Shown piece after piece: positions 39,901 to 54,000 of a stretch of DNA of 64,000 nucleotides. Position numbers and translations under genes: made by a program. A model generated the notes under the pieces. It was not told the origin of the DNA and did not search any database. It saw nothing but the letters and a program-made list of their open reading frames with translations. Each line of letters opens with the position of its first letter. The stretch's first letter is position 1. Source of the DNA: Octopus sinensis (taxonomy: Eukaryota); contig NC_042998.1 in assembly GCF_006345805.1 (NCBI RefSeq), positions 39,618,001 to 39,682,000 on the forward strand, given 5' to 3'.

Positions 39901-42900
39901 TCAATCACTGACTACATGGACAGTCATTGGAAATGGCCCTTTATTCTGCTTCAGTCTTAACTGATGAACATGTTTCAAATCTGTCTCATAGTTGGTGTGT
40001 GTGGATCATCAGCATTGTTTAATGTCCGTTTTCCATGTTGGCATAGGTTGGACGGTTTGACTGAGGTCTGGAGAGCCAGGCTCCAATCTGGTCTGGCAGA
40101 GTTTCTATGGCCGGATGCCCTTCCTAATGCCAACCACTCTGAGAGTGTAGTGGGTGCTTTTTATGTGCCACCGGCACGGGAGCCAGTAAGGGAGTACTGG
40201 TGTCAGTTATGATCGGTTGGTGCTTTATACATGCCATAGCACTGGAGCCAGTAAGGCAGGCCTGGCAATAAACGCATTTGGATGGTGCTTTTTAAGTGCC
40301 ACTAGCACAGGAGCCAGTCAGTGGGTATTGTCATTGACCACATTCAGATGGTGCCTTTAATGTGCCATTGGCACGGGAGCCAGCCAGGGGCACCAGCCCC
40401 AGCTATGATATTGTTTTCATTTGACTCAACAGGTCTTCTCAAGTATATCATATCACCCGACGCATCAGGAGTATTCTTAACAGGGCTGGATGTGCGTGGC
40501 TGCGATCTCACCTTAGTTGCTGGGTCTTCTCAAAGATCCCGGTCTCCTGTCATTGCCTCTGTGAGGCCCAATGTTTGAAGGTCATGCTTCACCACCTCAT
40601 CCCATGTATTCCTGGGTCTACCTCTTCCACAGGTTCCTTCTACAGTTAGGGAGTGGCACTTCCTCACACACCTGTCTTCATTCATACGTAACATATGGCC
40701 ATACAAGCGCAGTCACCTCTCTTGCACACCACATTTGATGCTTCTTATGTCCAACTTTTCTCTCAGGGCACTTACACACTGTCATGTATGCACACTGACA
40801 TTACACATCATCACCATTTAATGTTTTTTCCATGCTGGCATGAGATGGACAGTTTGGCAGGATCCAGTAAGCCATAAGGCCATGTCAAGTTCCAATATGT
40901 ACTTTCGCATGGTTTCTCTATGCATATGTGTGTGTATGGGGTCAGGTGTATTGGATTTAAAAACAGGAGAAAGTGTATTCAATATATGTTGCAGACTCTG
41001 TTGGCCTTATTAGTTTATTGTTCAACCTTGGTGACTCATTTCACCACTACTCACAGTCTCTTGTCTTCAGGCAACAAAAAATTTTTGTCATCTGAAAGAT
41101 TGCATATCTTATAATAAATCTGTTGGTCATTGGCTTACTTAGCCCGTCAGTAATACTTTTAAAGGATTAGAGAAAAGAGAAGAAAGAGGGAGGGAGAAGC
41201 GTCCATCACATAAGGTAGAGGGGATGTAATTGTAATGCTTTCATGTGATTAGTTGAAGGGAAAGAGAGGAGAAAGAAAAAGGAGAGAGAAAAAGAGGATC
41301 AGGTAAAGAGAGAGAAAGAAAAAGTGAGAGAGAAACGTCCCTGACATGAGGTAGGGGGAATGTAATAATTTTAGCAGAGGGGTGATGTTTTGACTATGAG
41401 GTTAAAGAAAGGCAAAGAGAGAGGGGAAAGAGGGAGAGAGGGTGAGAGAGAGGGAGAGAGAGACGAGAGAGAAACGAGAGAGAGAGAGAGAGAGATGGTG
41501 GTGGTGATTGGATAGAGAAAAGTGTTTTTTTTTTAATCAAACTAAGTTTTTTTTTATATCACCTCTCACTTAACACAAGTGCATAAGTGCAATTCCGTGA
41601 AATATTCACGCTTATTTATATGGCAGATATATGCAATTTAACTACAGGTTATATCATATGCACTGGATATTTTTTTTGTATATGAGAAAAGTAGAAAAAT
41701 AAGAGTGAATATCTATTTTATGAGTGCTGTGTATTAAATCTCTAAAATTGTGCGCAAAGTATATCAAATATATACATAAAGTGCCTTAAGTAATCATCGG
41801 ATTCCAGTTTCTTTCACTTTCTAATGAGTAGCAGATGAGCAACTGTCTTTCCATACAGACACAACACAGATTACGCTTTCAGGCTTTTGGGGTAAAGTTT
41901 TCAGAAATAATCCAACAGGTTTACCATTAATTCTGTGAAATATTCTGGGTCCAGCCAGTAATAAGAATATCTTACTAATAACAGACTGAATCATCAATAT
42001 TGTGTGTGTGTGGATGTGTGTAAACATAAACAGAAAACACCCAGCTAGCATAATACACAACTTAGTAGAAAATATTTCAACCCGTATCTCTAATCTCTCT
42101 GCTGATGAAGAAATTTTAAAACTAAATACAGATTATTAGAATTCAGCTCTAGAAAAGGAGGGTATAGGAAAAAATTAAAATTTTGTAAAACTAATAATAG
42201 TGAGGGTAAACATAATACAGCCCAAATTAACTCAGGAACCAACGATAATAGTAGAATAGTTAATTCTGATAACAAAATAATATCATTGAAATAAAACTAA
42301 AGGCCATAAGAAAACTAGAAATAAGGAAACAGTAAATGATTGCAATAAAGATATAAATACAAAATATAGCCATAACAACAAGAGACTGATCTCTAACCAA
42401 CCACAGGCATAACAATCTAATGAATAATAACAAAATACATTCTAATAATATAAAGGACGATGACAGTGACTTGTGGAAGCACTGTGTTGGTTACGATGAT
42501 GAGGGTTCCGGTTGATCCGAATCAACGGAACAGCCTGCTCGTGAAATTAACGTGTAAGTGGCTGAGCACTCCACAGACACGTGCACCCTTAACGTAGTTC
42601 TTGGGGATATTCAGCGTGACACAGAGAGTGACAAGGCCGGCCTCTTGAAATACAGGTACAACAGAAACAGGAAGTAAGAGTGAGAGAAAGTTGTGGTGAA
42701 AGAGTACAGCAGGGATCACCACCATCCCCTGCCGGAGCCTCGTGGAGCTTTTAGGTGTTTTCGCTCAATAAACATTCACAACGCCCGGTCTGGGAATCGA
42801 AACCACGATCCTATGACCGCGAGTCCGCTGCCCTAACCACTGGGCCATTGCGCCTCCAGACAGTGACTTAAACACCTGACCGAAATAAAAAAATACTAAA

Positions 42901-45900
42901 AAATACTATGATAATAAAATTCCAAACTATAAGTTAAGGAATTGTTCTAAAGATACAGACTGAATGATAATCCCCTTTGCTAAGCAAGTTAAAACAAAAA
43001 TACCTAGAATGTTCTACGAAGCACTGGATGAATTTTTCCCAGTAACAAATAAATACCATAATTTATTTAATAAATGATAAATCAAAATTGCGTTCTCCAA
43101 CTCGAGAAATTTAGCCTAAATTATAGCCACCCACAAGACCAAACAAATTGTGAGACACTAATGTCAAAACAAAATCTATTTTTCTGATGACAAACATCTA
43201 CCAGAAAAAATAAGATGTCACTAAAATTACAAATCAAAAATGTAAAAATATACACAAGATATTCTGATTCCCAAAAAACTCTGTTAAAAGCAAAGAGCCT
43301 AGGAAGTGACAAAAAAAAGAACTACAGGCACAACAACAGAAACTGTAACAAAATTTTTTTTTTACTCTCTTTGCCTTTTCTCTTCTCGTTTGTCCTTGTA
43401 TTCTACAAAAACTCAGAATGGCCAAACTTTTAGCAATGTACATTTATTATATTCATTGGATTTTATGTGAAAATTTGATTGTTTAAACATGTTTGTTCAA
43501 TTTCTACTTTGTAATTTTAAACTCTGTTAAAATCCCCATTTTATATACATTTATACCATTGATAAACAAAAATTGTTGAAACTAGTTTGGTATGTATGTG
43601 AATAAATCTAGTTAAAAACAAGAACATGTTTTTCAAATTCAGATGCCTTTTCAAAAGGCTAAGACAAATTCTCCTATATTTTTTCTTGTGTGGGACTACA
43701 CTGCTTCTTTACAATACACACACACACACAACCCTGTCAGTGCTGGTGTCACATAAAAAGCACCCTTTGTAAAGTGGTTGGCATTAGAAAGAGAACCAAG
43801 CTGTAGACACCATGCTAAGACAGACAGTTGCTCTTTATGTGACAGCAGCACCGACAGGGTCACTAGGTACCATGTGAGATTGAAAAGGGGGAAAAGCCAT
43901 CAGTGACAGGTAGAGTAGTATTGAGGGGAGCTGGTTTTGTGCCAGTTGAGAGATTACAGGTGTAGAGGGACAGAGGTAGGTGTCTTGCTGCAGAAAAGAT
44001 ATATAGATATTCCAGTTGGAAAAGAAAGACATGAGAGTTATAGAGTAAGATAAGGAAAGCAATGGTTAGCAGCCAAAAGTGCTAACCATAACAATGATTG
44101 ACAGAAAGACATTTCTTTTTACTAAAGTAAAATACTGGGAAAATATAGATGGTAATAATAACTGGACAGTTGTCACCAAAGTAAATGACTGTTCACTAAA
44201 GAAATGATAGAAAAGAAAAAAGTTTAAGGGAAAAAAAAAGATTTCATATTGGAGGAATATTTACCAGTGGTTCTCCAAGATAGATCTGTGATCCATGGGT
44301 GAGCAGACAAGCCTCTAAACGCAGAGGTGGGATAACATATTCAACTGCTTCAAAGTACTTCTTGATCTGGAGAAGATTTAATAAAAGCCTGTTATATAGT
44401 AATTAAAAAAAAAAAAGAAACAGACATATATTTGTAAACATATACATGTATACACACATATGTACACACACACACACACACAGAGGCAATTATGCAGATA
44501 AACAATTTAAATACATTAAATATAAAAGATTGGGTATGAAATACAGAATATGCATATTATATGTATTCATGCAAAACAAGAGAAAGCAAAAAGTGAAGGC
44601 TTCCAGATGATGAATATTTAAGCATAAAGATATTTATCTCTATATTATAATTCTGAAATGCAAAAAGTTTGTTTGTCTGGTTTTGGCATTGAGAACGGGT
44701 TAAAGGCCACTAGATCCCGTTGAATTGACTCCAAAATTTACAGGGACATGTAAAATGAGGTGAGGATGCGAGTGGGCTAGGTTAGAAATCCCCATCTTAA
44801 AAGGTGTCGTTGCTAGGGCCAAAAGTGCACATTTTGACAAGTCTACTCTCATTCTATTATCTGCCTGTCTTCCTCCATCTCTCTCTCTCTCTTTCCTCCC
44901 TTCCTATCACTTTCTCTCTATAACATCGTTTGATAGCGTCTACTATCTTTCCTCTGCCGCCTTCAATATTTTTACGCTTTTTAAACCCTTCGTCGTTATT
45001 CTCATTCACTCATTATTACTTTCTCTCTCCCCCCTCTCTCTATCTATATATATATAGAGAAAGATTCTCATGATTGTGTGGTGCTGGTGGTGGCGATGAT
45101 AATTCTCTCTATGAATGCAGACAGACGTAGAGAGAGAGAGAGAGAGAGTGACAGCGCTGGTGAAGGCAGCGGAGGAAAGATAGTAGACGCTATCAAACGA
45201 CGTTATAGAGAGAAAGTGAAAGGAAGGGAGAAAGTAATAATGAGTGAATGAGAATAACGACGAAGGGTTTAAAAAGCGTAAAAATATTTTCTTTCTCAGC
45301 TTACTCAAGATCTTTTGTTGTTTATAAATAGGAGAGAGATAGATAAAGAAAGATAGAGAGTAAGAGAAAGCGAGGGAAAGTCCGAGAGTGGGAAAGTGAG
45401 AGAGAAACAAAGAGGGAGAATGTGGTGATAAGAAACAGAAAGGAAGCAACAGAAAGTAACAACCACAACCTCACCCGCGCGTAGAGTGGGTCACCTTAAG
45501 CTGGTCAATATTCATAAATCTGAAATGAGAAAGTTTGTTTGTTTGTCTGGTTTTGGCATTGGAATGGGTTAAAGGGCACTAGATCCCATCAGATACGCTC
45601 CAAAATTTATAGGGACATGTAAAATGAGGTGAGGATGTGAGTGGACTAGGTTAGAAATCCCTATCTCAAAAGCTGTGGTTACTAGGGCAAAAAACCCCAC
45701 ACTTTGACAAGTCTTTGTCGTTACTCTCATTCTCTTATCTATCTTCCTCCGTCTCTCTCTCTTTCCTCCCTTCCCTTCACTTTCTCTCTATAACGACGTG
45801 TGACAACATCAACTATCTTTCCCCCGACGCCTTCGCCAGCGCTGTCACTCTTTCTTCCACATTCTCTCTCTCTCTCTCTTTGTCTGTCTGCATTCATAGA

Positions 45901-46073
45901 GAGAATTATTATCGCCACAACCACCACCACACAATCATGAGGACAATATTTGTTCTCATGATTGTGTGGTGGTCGTGGCGATAATTATTGGGTTAATTTG
46001 TGTGTGTGTGTTCTATATATAAATATGCATACATAATGTATATATGCAAAGTGTATATATCTGTATATATGTG

Positions 46074-46135
<62 letters not shown>

Positions 46136-49100
46136 GTATACATTTGTATATATAATGCGTACACACACACATATATATATATAATGAGTATATATATATA
46201 TATATAATGTGTGCATTATGTGGTCGGTTGAGCTCAAAATATGCACATCTATGTTAAAAGTGCTGGCGAGTTTGCATGGCAACTATTTTTTTCCTCAAAT
46301 GAAAGGCGTGACCTCTAAGAAAAAATTCCCCATCTTATAAAATGTGGCCTGAGTAGACCCGAATGAAATCGGGTTATATTAACCAAAATGTGAAAAGGGG
46401 TCTAAATGGGGCTGGAAGGGGATTAAAATTTACAGGAGCGGGTGTTTAGGAATTCTCTGTTACATCACGCTAAAAAATTTGCGCCAGCCTTTAAATCATC
46501 AATGTGTTGCCGTCCATGATGAAGAAGTTTTGAATGCTTGCCATGGTGAGTCTACTGTCGTGAGAAAGAATCACTTCAAAACTTGGTGTTTAGGAATTTT
46601 CTTTTACATCAAGTTCAAAATTTTACGCCAGCCGTTAAACTGCCACTACGTTGCTGTCCGTCGTTAAGAAATGCCAGCCATGGTGAGTCTACTATCTTCA
46701 GATTCTATCCCTTCGAACTTTGGTTTCCAATATTTTTTAATTTTTATTCAGCTCCCAAGTTCGTCTGTCCCTTTTAAATGTTAGTATTTTGCTTTCCATT
46801 ATCACTGCCTGATATTTATGATTGATCTTTCAAAATATTTTCACCTCCTAACAGCCAAGGCCAAAACAATCAGAGCCAAGAGATGCCCAAAGCTTGTCAT
46901 TCATCAAGCATCAAGGTGCATGTAAAACTCGTGTTTGTAGATGAGAAGTTCACTGTGGATACTGGGGTAAATCGCAGAAATTCTCAAGTGATTACATACA
47001 ACCCTTCTGACAGCCTCCGTGTTTGAGACTAAGAATCCTGCCTCTGTGATGGTATTTGGAACCATGGCAAGTGATGAGAATGTCATGGATCCCCACTTCA
47101 TTGAGTCTGGCTTGAAGATTGGCACAAGGAGGACTCTGTTACTTTGGATGGAGCAGAAGTTTGGGCTTGACGATGTGATGCTAATTCAAGATTCTGCACC
47201 ATGCCATGGGTCAAATGCAACACAGACCTTCCTTGGTGAGAAGGTGCCATTTTTTGGAAAGTCAACATCTGGCTCAGTGTATTGCTCATCGTCAGTTCAA
47301 GGTATCTGCCCAAATCTCAACCATCTTGATTACTTTTTATGGGGCATACTTCAAGGAAGGACCGATGCTTCACCACATTTGAGTGTCAACACTTTGAAGA
47401 CCTGTATTGTACATGCGACACACAAAATGAAAAGGGCGGAGGTTGCAGCAGCTACAAAAAAAAAATGTTGTTGTGTGGGGGCAGTAATTGTTCAAAAGGG
47501 CAGCCATATTGAGTGACATATGTTTTTGTTGTAATAAATGTTACATTAAAATTATATCTGTCTCCTGCCATTCTTTTAGTGTTTACAACCAGTTTTATGC
47601 ATCATAAAAATTGTCTCAATTTATCTGCAAGACCCTTTTATCTTTTAGTTGTTTCAGTCATTTGACAGTGTCCATGCTGGAGTATCACCTTGAGAGGCTT
47701 TAGCTGAACAAATCGATTCCCAGGACTTACTCTATATAGACATTTTCTTAAACCCTACCATTTATGCTATCAGTCTCTTTTGCCAAACTGCTAAGTTACA
47801 GGAATGTAAATGCACCAACACCTGTTCTCAAACAGTGACGGGGGGGGGGGACTAACACAGACACACACATATATACGTATACAGTAATCCCCTGCCATAT
47901 CCTGGTTCACCTATCGTCGTGGTTTATTATTCAAGCTTACGTCAGTTCCTTTGCAGCGTTGTTTTGCATTGATAATAAAATAAATATATACAAATTATAA
48001 AAATAATAAAAAAAAATATATACAGTACAGTACTATTTCTACTTCACCTATCGCAGGGGCTTTTAAAATGTAACACTCGTGATGGTCGTGGGATCACTGA
48101 ACATACATACATATGATGGGCTTCTTTCAGTTTCCATCTACCAAATCCATTCACAAGGCTTTGGTTGGCCAAAGGTAATAGTAGAAGACAGTCGCCAAAA
48201 GTGCCATGCAGTGGGACTGAACCTGGAACCATGTGGTTGAGAAGCAAGATTCTTACCACACAGTCACTCCTGTGTCTATATATATAAACTAGATGTTGGC
48301 ATGGCTGTGTAGTTAAGTAACTGTGTGCTTTCAAGTTCAGCTCCACAGCATAGGTTTTTTTGGGTAAGTGTTTTTCTAGTATAGCTTCAGGCTAACCAAT
48401 GCCTTGTGAGTGGATATGGTAGCCGGAAACTGAAAGAAGCCTATTGTGTGCACTTTTGTCTTGACACCACATGATGGTTGTAAATAGGGTATCACTGTCA
48501 GACAAGTGATGTTGCACATTTCCTATCTTCTGTGAGAAATAGGTGAGGGTCGTTGACAGGAAGGACTGTCAACCATAGAAAACTTGCCATCATGAATTCT
48601 GTCCAACCCATGCAAGCATCGAAGGGTGGACACTAAATGAGCATGATGAAAATAAACACACACACATAACAGAAACTGTCTTGTGGCTCAAGTTCCACAT
48701 CACGGCAATCTTCAGTCAAAACAGTTACAACTCGGTGTTGGTGGTAGGTGTGCATATGTATATATGCGTGTACACACACACACACACATAGAGCCTTTGA
48801 CAGAGTACTCCCCACTGTGTGATATGGTAGGCTCTGAGGAAATTAGGGGTAGACAAGTAGCTAGTGAAAACCATACAAGCCATGTACAGAGGTTCTCTCG
48901 GTAAGATGAAAGTTAACAATGAGTACAGCGATGAATTTAGTGTCAAGGTAGACATTCATCAGGGTTCAATTCTCAGCTGCCTCCTATTCATCATTGTCCT
49001 CCAAGCCGTAACAGAAGAATTTAAGACTGGTGGACCCTGAGAAATGTTCTATGCTGATGATCTTGCAGAGTCTGTAACAGAGCTAGAAAAGAAATTCCAG

Positions 49101-51026
49101 GCATTGAAGCAAAACCTGAAATCGAAGGGTCTTAAGGTTAACTTTAGCAAAGGCTTAGGTCCTACTAAGCAAGAAAACTGACAGGACACTTCCTCCATTA
49201 GGCAAGTGGCCCTGCTTGATATGTAGAAAAGGTGTAGGCAGCAGGAGGTGCAGTGCCATAATAGGAAGTCTATCAGAGAAGGTAAGTGTTTGTATGTGGA
49301 AGATGCACAGGAGCTATAAAGCCTAGAGATACTCAGGAAATTAATTTTCTCAAATGCCCCAGAGGCTCTTTAGAGGCAGTGTATAATTTTGACTACTTAG
49401 GGAGTCTAATTAACTGTGGGGAACAATAGATGGGAAGTGTAATCACTAAACTAGAGATCTTTTACTGCTGCTGGCAACCAAAGGTCTCTTTCTCTCTCCA
49501 AGTGAAAGGAAGATTGCATGGTGCATGTACGTAAACGTGCAATGCTACATGGTAGTAAGAAATAGGCCCTGAATGCATAAAACATGTGAAAGCTAGTGGG
49601 GAGTGAAGCTAGTATGCTCTGCTGGATGTGTGATGTCAGTGCACTAGCATACTGAGGGAAAATGTGGACATAATAGAAAATGGCTGCAGTATGCAAGAGA
49701 GATGACTGTGCTCGTTTGGTCATGTGATGCATATGGATGTAGACAGTTGCATAGAGAAGTGCCAATCACTTAAAGTGGATGGAACTTGTGGAAGAGGGAA
49801 ACCCAGGATACTGAGCCTTACAAAGAAGATAAGTAAGGACCAAGATATGTGGTACGTTGCTGTACACAAGAAGAGCCATCTACCACAGCAGAATTGATGA
49901 TGGTGCCATGTAAAAAGCACTCAGTACATTCTATGGAGTGGTTGGCATTAAGAAGGACATCTAGCTGCAGAAACCAAGCCAAAACTGACTATGGAACTTG
50001 GTATGGTCCTTGACCTTACCAGCTCTGGTCAAACTGTGATGACCTTTAAGACTATGAAGAGGAGGACAAAAGTGAAGACTGAATCTTGATGAACTCTTAC
50101 CTTCATGCTAAGTTCATCATTGAAATCATTGGTGATTGTTACTTTACTTTACTTTACACATAGCTTATACACCACCATATGTGCAGTGTGTAAAAAATAA
50201 TGTGGAAATAACAAAAAAACAAAAAAACAAAAAAAAACAATGTATTAGTTTCAGATGCAAAGAAATAGTAACGCATTAATGTTTTGGACATAAGCTCTTC
50301 ATCAAAATGTGAAAATGATAGAAAAGTTAAGAAAAAGAAGAGAAAGGCAAAATGGAGAGCTAGAAAAGAGATGAAACAAAATTCCATGTACAACAAGTGC
50401 TATTTCAGAAAAAATAATAAATAAAAATACCTGGTGAAGTAGGAGATTCAAGATGGGTTTCTGTAGTTTGGAATTTTTGGAAAGGCAATCGCACAAACCC
50501 TGAATAAAAAAAAAAGCGATAAAAAGAAATGTTTAATAAATGACAGTATTTGTATTTTAAGTAAATCAACACAGATTGCAAAAGAGTCAACTTTTTCACT
50601 TTGAAAGCTTGATAACATATTCTGACAGATAAAAAAGGGTCTACAGCAGTTAAAGGAAAACAAGGAAGCAACAAATATCAAGTCAAGAATGAAACCAAAG
50701 CAAATTCAGTCTTGAAGGCAGCAATAACACTGTCACCTCAGTCATCATCCTTATTTAACATCCATTTTCCATGCTGGCATGGATCGGACACTTTAACAGG
50801 AAGTGTCAAATCAGAAGATATACCAAGCATCATTGTCTGTTTTGGCAAGGTCTCTACAGTTGGATGTCCTTCCTCCTGCCAAGGTCACCACATAACTTGC
50901 AAAACAAAGATCCCTCAAACGAGAGGAAGGATGGTGTGAAGGAGGTACTTTTTTGCAAGGTGATGAGAAGTTAAACTATGGTAGACGTAGAGAAACGGGT
51001 GCCTTGCTGTAGAGGAGATATGTGGT

Positions 51027-51061
<35 letters not shown>

Positions 51062-54000
51062 AAGAGAGAGAGAAAGAAAGAGAGAGAGAGAGAGAGAGAT
51101 GGTTGCGATGTGCCAGGACAATAATTTCTTAGGCGTAAGGTGAATTTACATAGAATATGCTAAAGTAATAATTAGTGCTTGTGACATCAATCCTCTAGAG
51201 ATGTAAACAAAAAAAATTGTTCCTATCAAAATTTGAACTTACAGCATTGAGAGTCTGGACTAAATAGATTTAGTAAACTACGGAAAGATTACCAGTTTGT
51301 TACCCCTAGAGCTAAAAACAATTTTCTTAGGTGAGGGCCAGTTTTTGTTGTGGAGAGAGAAAATTAGTGAATAAATAATCGTTGTTCGGCGGATGAAGAT
51401 ACAAAGGTATGTGTAGTCAAGTTGAGCAGGATATGAACTTGTTAATTTATCACCATACTAGTGAAAATAATAAAAATAATGTCTAACATTGAGATAAGGG
51501 CACATATTTCTAAGGAGATATAGGTAGGAGCGATTCATATTGTGATTCGAATGATACTTATGTTGTCAACACTTGAAGGATCAAAAGTAAAGAAAACCTG
51601 AATATAACGGATGGAGAGGATTTGTTGGACACAGTGTGAGGCAATGGTGGTTGTTGTTGCTAGGCCTAACTTGTCATAAAGTAAATACCACTATGAGTGA
51701 TATCCAAACTACAATGGAGAAGACAAGCTTCTGGATTTGATTAAAAAGAGATGATAAACAATGGCTAGAATACTGAGCAAAATTAGTAACCAGTTGATCT
51801 AGTGAGCAGGGGCTCATTTCAGTGAAAGATGGGGTGGGGTGCATAATGATGTCACCAAGAAGAAGGCCTTAAAATGGCGTGCATTTTCTCCTGATGACTC
51901 CCCATAAACTTGCTAGCATTTGCATCTGCAAGCTGTTTGCAAAACATCAGTTCCAGTATGATAAAAAGCAATATCAAGCTTGTGTCAGGCTTGTGCCTCA
52001 AATATAAAGAAGCATAACAATGACAAGGCCTTCAAATTTTGGGATGGAACAGAGTCAATCAGTTGATTTCTTAGAATTTAACTGAACAAAAGTAAAGATG
52101 ACTTTGGCTGAAATTGAACTCAAAAGGTAAAGCTTAAACGCTACAAAATATTTTGTCTAATAACAGTCTCTTACATTAGCATTAGGCCACAAATTTGCAG
52201 GCAGTTGTGCAAGTTGACTGAATTAAAGCCACTGTATTACAGAGTATCTATTTTATTAACCCCAGAAGCTGCTACCAGTTCTCCATACTTATATCAAATC
52301 AATTCTTTGACATTTTGGGATCAAAAGTGTCAATCAGCTTGATAGAATTCGGGGATTGAGAAGAATTAGTAGTAACAAGCATGCACTTTCTGTAAGCATC
52401 ATCATTTAATGTCTATTTTCCATGTTGGCATGGGTTGAATGGTTTAACAGGAGCTAGCAAGTCCAGAAACCAGGTTCCATTGTCTTTTTTGGCATGGTTT
52501 CTACAGTTGGTCCTAACACCAACCACTTAATAGTGTATTGGGTGCATTTTTATGTGGCACCAGCACTGCAACACTAACAGGTTCACCAAGTACTTTGCAT
52601 GACCAAAAGAAAAAAAAAGTGGAATAAGAAAGGGTAAGAGCTGTAACAAGAATTAAACTTGGGTGTTACAACTGTTGAGTTAGTTTGTTGGGAGTTTAAG
52701 TTGAAGAAATAAAATATCTTTCACTTACTGAATATATTATGACTCGTACTTCAGCCTGTTGACTAAGACATCTCCGCAAATTTCGGACAATTTCCAAACA
52801 CAAAGTACTGTTAGCAACAGGATTATATTTTGTCTGCGAATGTACATCAACTGAAAGCTGGATGTTTTTGTCGAAGAGAAAAGAATAAAATATAAAATCA
52901 AGTGTATAAATTGTATAAAGTCGAAATTACAGTTATCTTGAATTTTTTCAATTTTATATTATTGAATTTTTTTTAACTAACACATCATCATTTCATATTT
53001 ACTTTCTAAATTTACTGAAACCTAGCAAATTCATACTAAACTAGTGTTTTGTATCTACTAAACACCATATTTCTTTTTGGGTTTTCTCTTTTCTCCTGAC
53101 AATATTAAAAAAAAAAATGAATAAAAGAATTAAAGCAACTTTTTATAACAGAAAAATGGCAAATACTTTTATACAAAACCTGTTGGTAACAAAGGGCCTC
53201 TCCTTCAGAGTGAAAGGCAGATTGTGTGATTATTGGGTATGAAAAGCTATGTTATATGGTAGTGAAATGTGGGCCATGAATGCAAAGGACATGCAAAGGT
53301 TAGAAAAAAATGAAGCTAGCATGCTTTGCTGAATGTCAGTGTGCATGTATGACAAACTGCAAATGTGCTGAGAGAAAAATTAGGCATAACAGGAATCAGT
53401 GCTAGTATGATTATGTGACTTGTGTGGATGAGGAGAGCTGCATAAAGAAATGTTGATTACCGAGTTTGGATGAAGCCTGCAGGAGAGGAAGAGCCAGGAA
53501 AACACAAGACAAAGTAGTGAAGACCAAACTATAGATGTTGAGCCCCAAGAAGGAGGTGACAAAGGTTCAAGATGATGGGTAACTTGCTATGCCCAAGACC
53601 TGTCCATTTCATTAAAAAAGGGCCTGCCTTAAAAGCATATTATTTGTGTCTATGTCCCCAACAAATCTCTCCCTTATAACTCATCTTCCTAATACCCACC
53701 CCTCCATCACTCAGCTACTATAATTAGATGACAACAGACCAGCACATATCTCATTACCTCCTTTTTGTGCTCCCCACTCACCCTCCCTGAAATCGCTTGC
53801 TTTGTCTCTTGCATTCTATCATTATTTTATACTGAACACCTCTTTCACCTCCCACCTTCCCCTGTACACCCTCTCATTCTGCCAGTGGTAGTTCGTCCCC
53901 GACTATTTCCATCCCTAGCACTGAGCATCCCTTTTGTACCCCATCTCCACACACTTCACACCGTCCGCGCAGTCACCCATCACCTCACTGACTCACGTTT

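Noticed and set aside
41055-41107. Cryptic 53-nt FANCI poison exon (AG...GTGAGT)
   Set aside because: No polypyrimidine tract and no FANCI similarity; the flanking exons already join in phase
42780-42858. tRNA gene
   Set aside because: tRNA-like head continues into a SINE body flanked by a TSD; the same applies at 13269 and near 30550-30630
46013-46282. ORF-track proteins rich in I/Y/T/H
   Set aside because: Translations of TA/CA microsatellite
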